This document shows, piece after piece, positions 9,803-18,672 of a stretch of 64,000 nucleotides of DNA. Within the stretch, counting starts at the first letter, position 1; every line of letters starts with the position of its first letter. Position numbers and translations under genes: made by a program. The stretch covers positions 1,810 to 65,809 of the forward strand of contig MGVA01000059.1 in assembly GCA_001800245.1 (NCBI GenBank), given 5' to 3'. Below the pieces are notes generated by a model. The model was not told the DNA's origin and did no database searches. It worked only from the letters and a program-made list of their open reading frames with translations. Source of the stretch: Elusimicrobia bacterium RIFOXYA12_FULL_51_18. Lineage in GTDB: Bacteria > Elusimicrobiota > Elusimicrobia > Elusimicrobiales > UBA9959.

Positions 9803-11172
9803 AACCAGAAAGAAAGACGCCGGTCTCCGCTTCCTGCGGGGTTCTGGTATGCGGCGGCGGAACCTCAGGAGCATGCGCCGCGATCGCGGCCGCCAGAAAC
9901 GGAGCTAAAACGATATTGGTCGAAAGGGAAAGTTCTCCCGGCGGGACCCCGGTGCATTCTCTTGTGACCCCGCTTATGACTTTTCATGCGAGTCCGGGCA
10001 GGCAGATCGTAAAAGGCATAGCCGAAGAACTTGTCCGCGATGCCGTAAAGATGGGCGGCTCTCCGGGGCACGTCCCCGACCCGCTGGGCGTCGCCGCCAC
10101 AATAACTCCGATCGACCCGGAGATCCTTAAAATCTGCATAATTAAAATGTGCGCCGGATCCGGAGTCGAGCTTTTTAACGACAGCTGTATTTCCGGAATT
10201 CTGAAGGCGGATAGCGGCGTAACCGGGATAATTATTGAAAGCAAATCCGGAAGGCGGGCGATAACCGCCGGCGTAACAATAGACGCGACCGGAGACGGAG
10301 ATGTCGCGGCGGCGGCCGGCGTCCCTTTTTCGATCGGAAGGGAGCGGGACGGCAAAACCCAGCCTATGACGCTGATGGCGGTGGTGGGCGGCGTGGATAA
10401 TGAGAAAGTCCGCGCTTATATCAAAAATCATCCCGGAGAGTTTATCCTTAGCGCCTATGCGCGAAAAAATATAAACAAAGTGAAATTCCTGGCTGTATCG
10501 GGCTTTTTCAGCCTTGTGAAAAATGCGCAAAAAAAAGGCGAGCTTGAAAATTTCAGGGACAGGGTGCTCTATTTTGAGATGCCCAGATGCGGAGAAGTCG
10601 CGTTGAATATGACGCGTATAACCGGGATGTCCGGCCTTGATCCGAAAGACATCTCCCGAGCCCAACAGCTGGGGTTCGAGCAAATGTTGCAGTCTGTGGA
10701 GTTCCTGAGAAAATATGCTCCGGGATTTGAAAACTCATATATCGTCAGGATCGCGGAAAAAATAGGAGTACGCGAGACAAGGCATATCAGAGGACTCTAT
10801 ACGCTTACGGCCGAAGATGTGCTGTATGGACGGGATTTTAAAGACGCTATAGCGCGCGGAGCGTTCCCGATAGATATACATTCCCCGGACGGTTCCGCGC
10901 TTGAGATGAAAGCAATGAAGCCCGGAACCTCCTACGGCATTCCATATCGGTGCATGCTGCCGGAAAAAATTGAAAATCTGATCGTCACAGGCCGGGCCAT
11001 TTCGGCCACTCATGAGGCAAGCGCCTCGGCCCGGGTTTCGCCCACCTGCATGGCTTTAGGACAGGCCGCCGGCACCGCGGCGGCGATAGCCGTAAAAAAG
11101 AAAATCCCCCCGTCAAAAGTGTCCGCTTTTGAACTTAGAAATACGCTGAAAAAGCAGGGTGCGGTTGTTTAA
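9787..11172 (+). CDS. FAD-dependent oxidoreductase (FAD_oxidored / GIDA-like family)
   Basis: Dinucleotide-binding motif VLVCGGGTSGACAAIAAARNGAKTILVERESSPGG. Start placed at the ATG at 9787; the ORF track starts at a TTG at 9760. The start is uncertain. Confidence 0.75.
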   Translation: MEYIVEPERKTPVSASCGVLVCGGGTSGACAAIAAARNGAKTILVERESSPGGTPVHSLVTPLMTFHASPGRQIVKGIAEELVRDAVKMGGSPGHVPDPLGVAATITPIDPEILKICIIKMCAGSGVELFNDSCISGILKADSGVTGIIIESKSGRRAITAGVTIDATGDGDVAAAAGVPFSIGRERDGKTQPMTLMAVVGGVDNEKVRAYIKNHPGEFILSAYARKNINKVKFLAVSGFFSLVKNAQKKGELENFRDRVLYFEMPRCGEVALNMTRITGMSGLDPKDISRAQQLGFEQMLQSVEFLRKYAPGFENSYIVRIAEKIGVRETRHIRGLYTLTAEDVLYGRDFKDAIARGAFPIDIHSPDGSALEMKAMKPGTSYGIPYRCMLPEKIENLIVTGRAISATHEASASARVSPTCMALGQAAGTAAAIAVKKKIPPSKVSAFELRNTLKKQGAVV

Positions 11173-11195
11173 CCTGCAAGGCGTTCTGATACGTT

Positions 11196-11954
11196 TTATT
11201 TTTCCTGCTGGAGTTTTCCGAAGGAAGTTACGCCGATATAAGTGGTCGCCAGGCAGAAGCCGGCTATTGCCCCTAGATCCGTCCATGCCGAGAACACGCC
11301 CCGGCCCAGCATGATGATGCGCATGATGTCCACGGCGTAGGTCACCGGGTCTAAAAGGCTGATGAGCTTTATATACGGCGCGGCGGCGGCCAGGTCGAAC
11401 AGCGCCCCGCTGAAAAAGAAAAGCGGCCAGGTCAGAAAACTCATCACAAGGCCGAAGCCCTCCATGGATTTCATCTTCGCGCCTATGGTCAGGCCAAGGT
11501 TTACTATCATGTAGGATACCGGAAAGGCCGCCAGCAGGCATAGCGCGACCTTAACTATGTCCAGCGGGAGTATGAAAAACGCGCCTATAATAAGCAGTAT
11601 AAAGGTCTCTATTATAGCGCCCAGCATTCCGCCTAAAGATTTGCCTATGAACAACGTGCTCCTGGATATCGGCGCCGCCAGCACTTCTTTCAGAAAATCC
11701 AGCCTTTTATCCCAGATGATATATAGTCCGTAGGTGATGGAAGTGAAAAGTATTACCATCGCCAGAATACCCGGGAAGATGAACTGTTGATAAGTGAAAC
11801 CCGCCACGGGGCTGGTGCCGGAGACCATTCCACGTCCCATCACGAACAGAAACAGCAGAGGCGAGACTAAAATAGAGATGATGCGTTCTTTCTCCCTAAA
11901 AAATATTTTGGCCTCTCTAAGGAGCAGGGCGTAGATGGCGTTAAAGTTAAACAT
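11196..11954 (-). CDS. ABC-2 type transporter permease
   Basis: Six hydrophobic segments, N-terminal MFNFNAIYALLLREAKIFFRE typical of ABC-2 permeases, and located downstream of the ATPase. ATG at 11954 is preferred over the TTG at 11999. Confidence 0.7.
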   Translation of the reverse strand: MFNFNAIYALLLREAKIFFREKERIISILVSPLLFLFVMGRGMVSGTSPVAGFTYQQFIFPGILAMVILFTSITYGLYIIWDKRLDFLKEVLAAPISRSTLFIGKSLGGMLGAIIETFILLIIGAFFILPLDIVKVALCLLAAFPVSYMIVNLGLTIGAKMKSMEGFGLVMSFLTWPLFFFSGALFDLAAAAPYIKLISLLDPVTYAVDIMRIIMLGRGVFSAWTDLGAIAGFCLATTYIGVTSFGKLQQEK

Positions 11955-12029
11955 TGCGATTTTAAGGTTCAAGGGCGGGCCGGGGGAGTTTGCTCTCAAA
12001 GTCGTCCCATCCTTGTAAACCCTCGTATT

Positions 12030-12998
12030 TTATTTCCTGGTTGCCTTTGCCGAGACGATCCGCTGAAAAATACCGTTGTTCTCCACGTCGTTCTTTATCT
12101 GGTGTCCGGCGAATTTCATGAAAACGTCGTCCAGCGTTACCGGCCTGACCTCCACTTCTTCTATAGCGCCCGCGGAGTTGAGCAGCGCCTGCAGATTCCT
12201 GCCGGAATCGCTGATGCTTATCCTGAACCTTCCTTCTTCCAACTCCACGCTTTTGACAAAAGAGAGCCCGCGCACCGCCTGGGCGTTTACCGCGCCTTTT
12301 ATAAAAACCAGGTCCCGGCCCACCTTTTTTTTCAGGTTCGCGGGCGTATCCATTTCGATGATCCTGCCCTGATAGATGATGCCGATGCGGTCGGCCAGAT
12401 TGTCGGCTTCTTCCATGTAATGCGTGGTAAGTATGATGGTGGTTTTTTTTGCCGCTTTCAGCCGGCCTATATAGCCCCATATCGTCTGGCGGCTGACGGG
12501 GTCAAGGCCGAGCGTCGGTTCGTCCAGAAAAAGTATTTTGGGTTCGTGAATGAGGCCGCGGGCGATCTCAAGGCGCCGTCTCATGCCTCCGGAATAGGTC
12601 TTGACCAAACTATCGGCCCGGTCGGCAAGGTTCACCAGGTCCAGCATTTTGTCGGTTCTTGGACCTATCTCAGGGCGGGGCACGCCGTAGAGCATGGAAT
12701 GCAGATATAGATTTTCCCGTCCGGTCAGCAGATCGTCAACGCTCGGCTCCTGGAAGACGATGCCGATGTTCTTTCTTACTTCGAGCGGCTGGAGGCGCAC
12801 GTCAAAGCCGGCCACTACGGCCGAGCCCGATGTGGGTTCGATCAGCGTGGCAAGCATGCTGATGAGGGTTGTCTTGCCGGCGCCGTTGGGGCCAAGGAGG
12901 CCGAAAACTTCTCCTTCGGGTATATCGAAAGAAATGCCGTTGACGGCGGTAACTTCCGTGAATCGTTTCACCAGATTATCGGTCTTAATGGCGGCCAT
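12030..12998 (-). CDS. ABC transporter ATP-binding protein (DrrA/ABC-2 exporter type)
   Basis: Walker A GPNGAGKTT, signature YSGGMRRRLEIA, Walker B ILFLDEPTLGLD. Confidence 0.9.
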   Translation of the reverse strand: MAAIKTDNLVKRFTEVTAVNGISFDIPEGEVFGLLGPNGAGKTTLISMLATLIEPTSGSAVVAGFDVRLQPLEVRKNIGIVFQEPSVDDLLTGRENLYLHSMLYGVPRPEIGPRTDKMLDLVNLADRADSLVKTYSGGMRRRLEIARGLIHEPKILFLDEPTLGLDPVSRQTIWGYIGRLKAAKKTTIILTTHYMEEADNLADRIGIIYQGRIIEMDTPANLKKKVGRDLVFIKGAVNAQAVRGLSFVKSVELEEGRFRISISDSGRNLQALLNSAGAIEEVEVRPVTLDDVFMKFAGHQIKNDVENNGIFQRIVSAKATRK

Positions 12999-13121
12999 AA
13001 ATAAATTTTACTAAAAACAGCGTTCCCGCGCGCCGGAACCGGCGACATGAGCGTTCAGTAACCCCGGATTATAATTGAGCGGCGGTGAAAAGCGGCACGC
13101 CTGGGATTTAAAAAAACGGTT

Positions 13122-13790
13122 TCAGCGGTTATTTGCCAGCATCGGTACAAAACGTACTTCGGTGATGAATCTTTCTTTTATGTCCGCCCCGTCTTTAGTA
13201 TAGAGCATAAGGCGCTGGGCGCCGCCCGCCTCTCCGACCGGGACCACCATTCGTCCTTTGTCGGCCAATTGGCTCAATAACGTTTCCGGCGCTTCAAGCG
13301 GGGCGCAGGTTACGATAATCGCGTCAAACGGCGCGTTTTCCGGCCAGCCCGCGGCGCCGTCGCCCGTTCTGAACCGTATCTTTGAGTAGCTCTCAAAGGC
13401 CAGGACCGCTTTTGCTTTCTCGGCCAGCGCCGGAAAGAACTCCACCGTATATACTTCCCCGGCCAGCTCGGCCAGAACGGCCGTTTGATAGCCCGATCCG
13501 GTGCCTATTTCTAAAACTCTTTCCCCGCCCTTGAGCGCCAATAGCTCCGTCATCAAAGCCACGATATAGGGTTGTGAAACGGTCTGGCCTTCGGCAATGG
13601 GCAGAGGCTGATCTTCGTAGGCGCGGGTTTTGAGATAGTCGTCCACGAAAACGTGGCGCTTTACTTTTTCCATAGCCTCAAGGACCATGCCGTCTTTCAC
13701 TCCGCGTCTGATGATCTGATCTTCCAGCATTTTTTGGCGGATAAAAGCCTGGTATTTTCCAATTTTTGCGTTAAGGATGTGTTTGAACAT
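13122..13790 (-). CDS. pcm: Protein-L-isoaspartate O-methyltransferase
   Basis: GQTVSQPYIVALMTELL and the SAM motif VLEIGTGSGYQTAVLAEL. Length is 222 aa. Confidence 0.85.
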   Translation of the reverse strand: MFKHILNAKIGKYQAFIRQKMLEDQIIRRGVKDGMVLEAMEKVKRHVFVDDYLKTRAYEDQPLPIAEGQTVSQPYIVALMTELLALKGGERVLEIGTGSGYQTAVLAELAGEVYTVEFFPALAEKAKAVLAFESYSKIRFRTGDGAAGWPENAPFDAIIVTCAPLEAPETLLSQLADKGRMVVPVGEAGGAQRLMLYTKDGADIKERFITEVRFVPMLANNR

Positions 13791-13800
13791 AATTTCCTTT

Positions 13801-14172
13801 TTACCAGATCCCTTCTTTAATCATGAAGCAGGCGGTTATGGCGTTTATATCGTATTCTCTCGCTTTCTTCACGGCTTTGGCGGAGTCGGAGCCGGGCTGC
13901 ATCCATAGGTTTTTGATGCCGAGCTTATTGCATTGCTCCACCACTTTTTCGGTGATGTCCGGGGGTACCACGGTAATAACAAGGTCGGGCTTAGTTTCTA
14001 TCTCTTCCAGGCTTTTATAGATGTTGCGGCCCAGAACGAAGCCGCCCTTCGGATTTATTCCCTTGACCGGATATCCGGAGTTCAGGAGATCCCGGAATAT
14101 TTTGTAGCCATATTTGCCGGCGTCTTCCGATACTCCCACGACCGCTATTAGTTTATAAGTTTTGGGATCCAT
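13801..14172 (-). CDS. CoA-binding domain protein (YccU/YneT-like)
   Basis: IAVVGVSEDAGKYGYKIFRDLLNSGYPVKGINPKG. Start set at the ATG at 14172, preceded by ggaggga. Confidence 0.7.
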   Translation of the reverse strand: MDPKTYKLIAVVGVSEDAGKYGYKIFRDLLNSGYPVKGINPKGGFVLGRNIYKSLEEIETKPDLVITVVPPDITEKVVEQCNKLGIKNLWMQPGSDSAKAVKKAREYDINAITACFMIKEGIW

Positions 14173-14250
14173 TTTTCTCCCTCCGTGACCGCTATTTTCG
14201 GCGCTCAACTGCGATTTTATGCCTGCCGGGGTGCGGCTATAGGCCTGAAT

Positions 14251-14706
14251 TTAACCGTCTCGCAGCTTCTCCTCCCAGATCCGGTATTTCGGGAAATAAA
14301 TCAGTTCGATCGCCGTGGAAAAAGCGGCTAACAAATAGAAATCCCAGCGGCTTCCGGCCAGGAAAAAAAGCATTAAGCCCAGAAAAGCCGGGATCTCTGC
14401 CATGGCGGCGGTAAGGGCGGTCCGTTTTACGAGGGTTTGGAGAATTTTCCCTGTGGGTTCCTCCGCCCTGGTTTTCATGACCGGCCTGATAAATCTTAGC
14501 GCGAAGACCGCGACCGTACCCAAAATGTAAAAGGCGTATCTGACGGCGGCCGCGGTCGGGCCCGCCAACGGCGGCTTGAACGGCATTGAGCGGGAGACCG
14601 CCTCCACCACCAGCGCGTATACAAAGATGGCGCTGATGACGGCGCCGCTGATGGCGGCGGCGGTGAGCCAGGCTTTTCTAAGGTCCTCTTTTCTTATGGA
14701 TTCCAT
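14251..14706 (-). CDS. Hypothetical membrane protein (4 TM)
   Basis: 151-aa hydrophobic ORF, 3 nt downstream of the preceding gene on the minus strand. Confidence 0.5.
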   Translation of the reverse strand: MESIRKEDLRKAWLTAAAISGAVISAIFVYALVVEAVSRSMPFKPPLAGPTAAAVRYAFYILGTVAVFALRFIRPVMKTRAEEPTGKILQTLVKRTALTAAMAEIPAFLGLMLFFLAGSRWDFYLLAAFSTAIELIYFPKYRIWEEKLRDG

Positions 14707-14709
14707 TCA

Positions 14710-15657
14710 TTATTTTGCTTCGCCGATTTTGTAAAATTCCACGCCTTGCGAGTTTTTGTGCGAGCAATCCACGAAAACCCTGCCGTAATATCTTGATTTT
14801 TTATGGGAGAAATAAAGCCACTTGCCAGTGTCGTTGAAAGCCCGGGAATGGTCCGCGTCGTAATCCCTGGACTCTATCTCCACTACTTCCGCCGTCTTGG
14901 GATGGCCGGCGACACTTACGGCGGGGATGGCGGGGATATATTTAGGCGCCAGGTCTTTCAGGCGGGTGGGGTATTTCCCCTCTTCTCTCAGGAAGTTAGA
15001 GAGGGCAAGGGTGAGTTCCGAGATCGTCAGCAGCGTTTCTGTTTGGTTGGAGATCTCTTCTCCGTCGGCCGAGGCTCTGTTTTTTCCGGCCTGCGGCTTA
15101 GGGTCTATGGCCACGGGAATAAGACTGTGCGCCGCCAGTTCGTCGTTTATGGCAAGGTAAAGATCGCGTGTCGAGAGTATGGCCGCTCCGGTGTCGGCGG
15201 CCGGCAGACGGTCTTTTAATTCTTTGAGGATCCTGACGCTGCGCAGGACGCTTTCAAGCAGGCCGCGGTAGTTTTTTATGTTTTCCCGGTCAGGCTTGGG
15301 TTCCGGAGCCATGAAATACGCTGCGGCGGTTTTATTGACGGCTTTGTCCAGGTCATAGGCTTTTTTAAGGGTGTCTGTTGATATGCGCAGGCCGAGGTTC
15401 TCATAAAGTGAAGATATTATTTCCAGCCGTTCAGCGGTGCCGTAAAGCAGGGCGTTTATTTTCCTGGGATCAACGCCGGCCGGTTTGGCGGCAACGGGTC
15501 TGCGGCGCGGCTTTTTTTGCTTTTTGGCGGGTTGTGCGGCCGTCGCGGCCGTCTGTTGCGCCGCGGCAACCGGTTGTTGGCCATAGACCTTTGTCACGGC
15601 GCCCGCGCAATCGTTGAGGAGGATCGCCGTGGTGAAAAAAGTTGTCAAAAGTTTCAT
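14710..15657 (-). CDS. Secreted protein, paralog B, with a pseudopilin-like C-terminal module
   Basis: Has a signal peptide. The C-terminus GKYPTRLKDLAPKYIPAIP...DTGKWLYFSHKKSRYYGRVFVDCSHKNSQGVEFYK is paralogous to the C-terminus of 15751..16464. Confidence 0.6.
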   Translation of the reverse strand: MKLLTTFFTTAILLNDCAGAVTKVYGQQPVAAAQQTAATAAQPAKKQKKPRRRPVAAKPAGVDPRKINALLYGTAERLEIISSLYENLGLRISTDTLKKAYDLDKAVNKTAAAYFMAPEPKPDRENIKNYRGLLESVLRSVRILKELKDRLPAADTGAAILSTRDLYLAINDELAAHSLIPVAIDPKPQAGKNRASADGEEISNQTETLLTISELTLALSNFLREEGKYPTRLKDLAPKYIPAIPAVSVAGHPKTAEVVEIESRDYDADHSRAFNDTGKWLYFSHKKSRYYGRVFVDCSHKNSQGVEFYKIGEAK

Positions 15658-15681
15658 ATGCGGATTCCTAATATCGCTTAA

Positions 15682-15734
15682 CCTGAAAAATTCAGTTGAA
15701 TTTTTCCCTTCGCGGAGCTCAGGTGCGCTTCGCG
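15682..15734 (-). repeat. Intergenic hairpin motif, copy A
   Basis: 53 nt sharing the blocks cctgaaaaat / tttt(t)ccc / ttcgc / gctcagg / gcttcgcg with 24372..24424. It lies 24-77 nt upstream of the ATG at 15657. Confidence 0.6.
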
Positions 15735-15750
15735 CGGTGCGGGATTCGGG

Positions 15751-16464
15751 TTAATGTTTAAAGAGTTCAATACCTTTATCGTCTTTGTGCGAACAATTCA
15801 GGATAAGCATGCCGAAGTCGGCTGACTTCGGATCCGTGAAATAAAGCCAGCCGCCGGTATCGGTGACCGCTTTTCCCGGATCATGTCCGGTCCCGCGGGC
15901 CAGCGTCACGGCGGCCGTCTTTGCGTGCCACGGTAGTTGCAGTTCCGGCACGTTGGAGATATATTTGGGAACAAGTCCCGCTGGGGTCTCCGGGTATTTG
16001 CCTTCGGTATCTCCGTAGTAGGAGATCAGGAGCGAGCGCATGTTGAGCAGTTCCGCTTTAGCCGCGGCGATCCGTGCTGTTGACAGCAGTTCTTTTTCCT
16101 GCTCGTCCAGTTCGCGGATAATGTCGGGACCGAGCAGGCTTGTTATCCTGGCGTCAAGCTTGCTTATTTCTCCGGCCACATTGTCCAGTTCTTTCTGATC
16201 CACACGCGAACTTTTGCTGAGCAAAGCTGAAAGATGTTTTACGGCGCTTAGTATTTCCTGAGAGTATCGCGGCGGCTGCGCGGCGGCGGGAGCGGTTGCG
16301 GCCGCGGGCGCCGTTGAAGTCTGCTGGGCCGCAATCATGTCCTCGCCGGCCCCGAAGGACGGCGCTAAAATGGTCAATCCCAAAAAAGCGGAGATAGCGG
16401 TTTTCTTCAGCACTTTTATCCTCCAGATGCGCGGCTCCGCGCTGAAAACACGGGGCTTGGACAT
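15751..16464 (-). CDS. Secreted protein, paralog A, with a pseudopilin-like C-terminal module
   Basis: Has a signal peptide. The C-terminus GKYPETPAGLVPKYISNVP...DTGGWLYFTDPKSADFGMLILNCSHKDDKGIELFK aligns with 14710..15657. Confidence 0.6.
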   Translation of the reverse strand: MSKPRVFSAEPRIWRIKVLKKTAISAFLGLTILAPSFGAGEDMIAAQQTSTAPAAATAPAAAQPPRYSQEILSAVKHLSALLSKSSRVDQKELDNVAGEISKLDARITSLLGPDIIRELDEQEKELLSTARIAAAKAELLNMRSLLISYYGDTEGKYPETPAGLVPKYISNVPELQLPWHAKTAAVTLARGTGHDPGKAVTDTGGWLYFTDPKSADFGMLILNCSHKDDKGIELFKH

Positions 16465-16471
16465 GATCTTG

Positions 16472-17227
16472 TCAAAATTCCCAATTTTCCAGTTCGGTTA
16501 CAAATTTGTAATCAGTGAGGTCGAACTGGATAGGTGTTATCGATATCCGGCCACGGCATACGGCGGCGACATCGCTGTCTGGGGCCGCGTCCTTCTGGTC
16601 CAGGGAGCCGGTGAGCCAGTAGTAGGTCTGGCCGTGCGGATCCGTGCGTCTGTCGAACCGGTCTTTGAAGAGGGTATGGCTCTGTCTGGTTATACTGACG
16701 GCGTTTTTTACCCGGCTCGCAGGTCCGGCCGGAATATTCACGTTAAGCAGGGTTCCCGGCGGAAGGCGGCGCTTGTATGCGGAGGTCGCCAGCTTAACGG
16801 CGAAGGACGCGGCGCGGCTGAAGTCGGGTTTTACGAACGTGGCAAGCGAGATGGCTATGGACGGGATTCCCAACAGGGCGCCTTCGGTCGCCCCGGAAAC
16901 CGTGCCGGAATATAGAATGTTATAGCCCATATTCGCTCCCAGGTTGATGCCGGAAAAAACCATATCCGGTTTTTTTTTCATGATGGAGCGTATGGCCAGT
17001 TTAACACAGTCGGCCGGGGTGCCGCTGGTAGCGTAACCGAAGAATTTTCCCCGGCGCCTGGCTTCGTTCACCCGTAACGGGTCGGTCAGAGTTATAGCGT
17101 GTCCCACGGCGCTGCGCTGTATGTCGGGGGCGACAACGGTCACCTTCCCCACTTTCCTCAGGGCCGCGTAAAGGGCGAAAATGCCCTCCGAATATATCCC
17201 GTCGTCGTTTGTTATGAGTATTTCCAT
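16472..17227 (-). CDS. surE: 5'/3'-nucleotidase SurE
   Basis: MEILITNDDGIYSEGI, GINLGANMGYNILYSGTVSGA. Length is 251 aa. Confidence 0.9.
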   Translation of the reverse strand: MEILITNDDGIYSEGIFALYAALRKVGKVTVVAPDIQRSAVGHAITLTDPLRVNEARRRGKFFGYATSGTPADCVKLAIRSIMKKKPDMVFSGINLGANMGYNILYSGTVSGATEGALLGIPSIAISLATFVKPDFSRAASFAVKLATSAYKRRLPPGTLLNVNIPAGPASRVKNAVSITRQSHTLFKDRFDRRTDPHGQTYYWLTGSLDQKDAAPDSDVAAVCRGRISITPIQFDLTDYKFVTELENWEF

Positions 17228-17229
17228 AA

Positions 17230-18423
17230 TTACATTTCCGACTGTTTCATGATCTGATTGTAAAGGAATTCCGCGGCCGGGCCGGCGCCCATGTCCCGGG
17301 CGGTGGAGTTGATGGTGGCGCAGAGGTCATGCTGGTAAACAAAAGGCATTTGTTCTCCGGCGGAAGTTACCCGTTTGCGTCCGGAAATATTTATAACATG
17401 CAGCATCATCATCACCCTTCCGGAGTAACCCAAGCAGTCTCCATAATAGGCGACGGCGAAGTCCAGGACGGATTTCATAAATTGAGGAGTGTCTTCGGGC
17501 CGGAAGATATCTTTTCCGCCGTAACGTTCGCGCCAGGAACGATCCGCGAACGCTAAAACTCCGTTTTTGTAGAAACAGGCCGCCTGGATGGCTTCTTCGC
17601 CTTGGGCATGAGCGTGGTAAACGGTGAGCTTGTTCAGGGTATGCCCCTCCTCCGAGTAGATCGGCGCGGCCAGAGGTATGTCGCGATAGCGGGCTTCCAG
17701 CCAATCTTTATGCCTGGCGGCGCTGAAATTGTTCCGCATGGGTTCCACGGGATGGATGGTAAGGGCGGTGTAAAGTTCGGAGAAGCCGTTGAATATCCAA
17801 TCCGGGTCGAAAAGGTCGAAAAAAATTATTTTTGCCTTGGTATGTGCGGCGGGCGCCGCCTGGCGGTTCTTTCGCAGTTCGCCCGCTCCATACGGGATGT
17901 AGGCGTAGACTTCCACATTGCCCAGCAGAACGCCGCCTGGCGCGTAAAGTTCTTTCACTGAATCGTCCAGTACGTGGTAAACTTCGGCGGGGATGATCAG
18001 CACTGAGCCGCTGGCTACCTTGCGCGCTTCATCTTCCAGACGAGCCGCCAGCACTAATCCGGAACTTTTTATAAGTCTGCCCACGTCCGTCCAAAAGCGG
18101 GCGGGCGAAGAGGCCGCGCCGATCCTGAAGCGCCGCTCCGGCAGCATGGCGTACAGCCGGTCCAGAATGGTGCGGGACATGGCTTCTCCGGAACGCATAA
18201 TGTCGTCCTCATCCCCGGTGGTGCCCAGAAACGCCACGGCTCCGTCGCCTTGCCAGGCGCCTATTATACCCCCCCACTGCTGAACCTCTTCCACTACGGT
18301 ATTCGTGTAGAGACTGTTGAGCTTTCTGTATTGTTCCGGGCTTATGGATGCCACTATCTGCTCGCTGTTGACCATGTCAACGCGCATGAAGAACAACTGG
18401 CCGTAATCCCCGTTCTTAAGCAT
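17230..18423 (-). CDS. Class III nucleotidyl-cyclase-homology domain protein with an unrecognised C-terminal domain
   Basis: N-terminal half carries FFMRVDMVNSEQI, GGIIGAWQGDGAVAFLG, RFRIGAASSP and LAARLEDEARKVASGSVLIIPAEVYHVL, in the order expected for a cyclase homology domain. The C-terminal ~210 aa is unassigned. Confidence 0.55.
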   Translation of the reverse strand: MLKNGDYGQLFFMRVDMVNSEQIVASISPEQYRKLNSLYTNTVVEEVQQWGGIIGAWQGDGAVAFLGTTGDEDDIMRSGEAMSRTILDRLYAMLPERRFRIGAASSPARFWTDVGRLIKSSGLVLAARLEDEARKVASGSVLIIPAEVYHVLDDSVKELYAPGGVLLGNVEVYAYIPYGAGELRKNRQAAPAAHTKAKIIFFDLFDPDWIFNGFSELYTALTIHPVEPMRNNFSAARHKDWLEARYRDIPLAAPIYSEEGHTLNKLTVYHAHAQGEEAIQAACFYKNGVLAFADRSWRERYGGKDIFRPEDTPQFMKSVLDFAVAYYGDCLGYSGRVMMMLHVINISGRKRVTSAGEQMPFVYQHDLCATINSTARDMGAGPAAEFLYNQIMKQSEM

Positions 18424-18581
18424 GTTTCTCCGGCCTGACCCTCTGGTTTTTAAAAACTTCCTTAATGATCATATTCCGATTTCTTGGTGTTCCGCCAACA
18501 GCGATATTTAAGCCGTACTATTGCGCCGGAAAATATTGGCGCATTGCCGAAAAACTTTATTGCCGCTACGCCGTTGAGACA

Positions 18582-18609
18582 CTGACAATTCCGAGTCTCA
18601 TTATATAAT
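18582..18609 (+). promoter_or_regulatory. Candidate sigma-70 promoter of the gnd-zwf-pgl operon
   Basis: cTGACA (18582-18587), 16-nt spacer, TATAAT (18604-18609), about 64 nt upstream of the gnd ATG. Confidence 0.5.
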
Positions 18610-18672
18610 ATTATATACAGGGAGGCTGGGAACATGAAAGCCTTATGTCGGACAGGCTCCTTGGGAGGATAT

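Noticed and set aside
18522-18543. Inverted repeat tgcgcc-N10-ggcgca in the divergent region between the cyclase-like gene and gnd.
   Set aside because: The arms are only 6 bp and the sequence context is GC-rich. Without conservation data this is not distinguishable from chance, so it is not reported as a feature.
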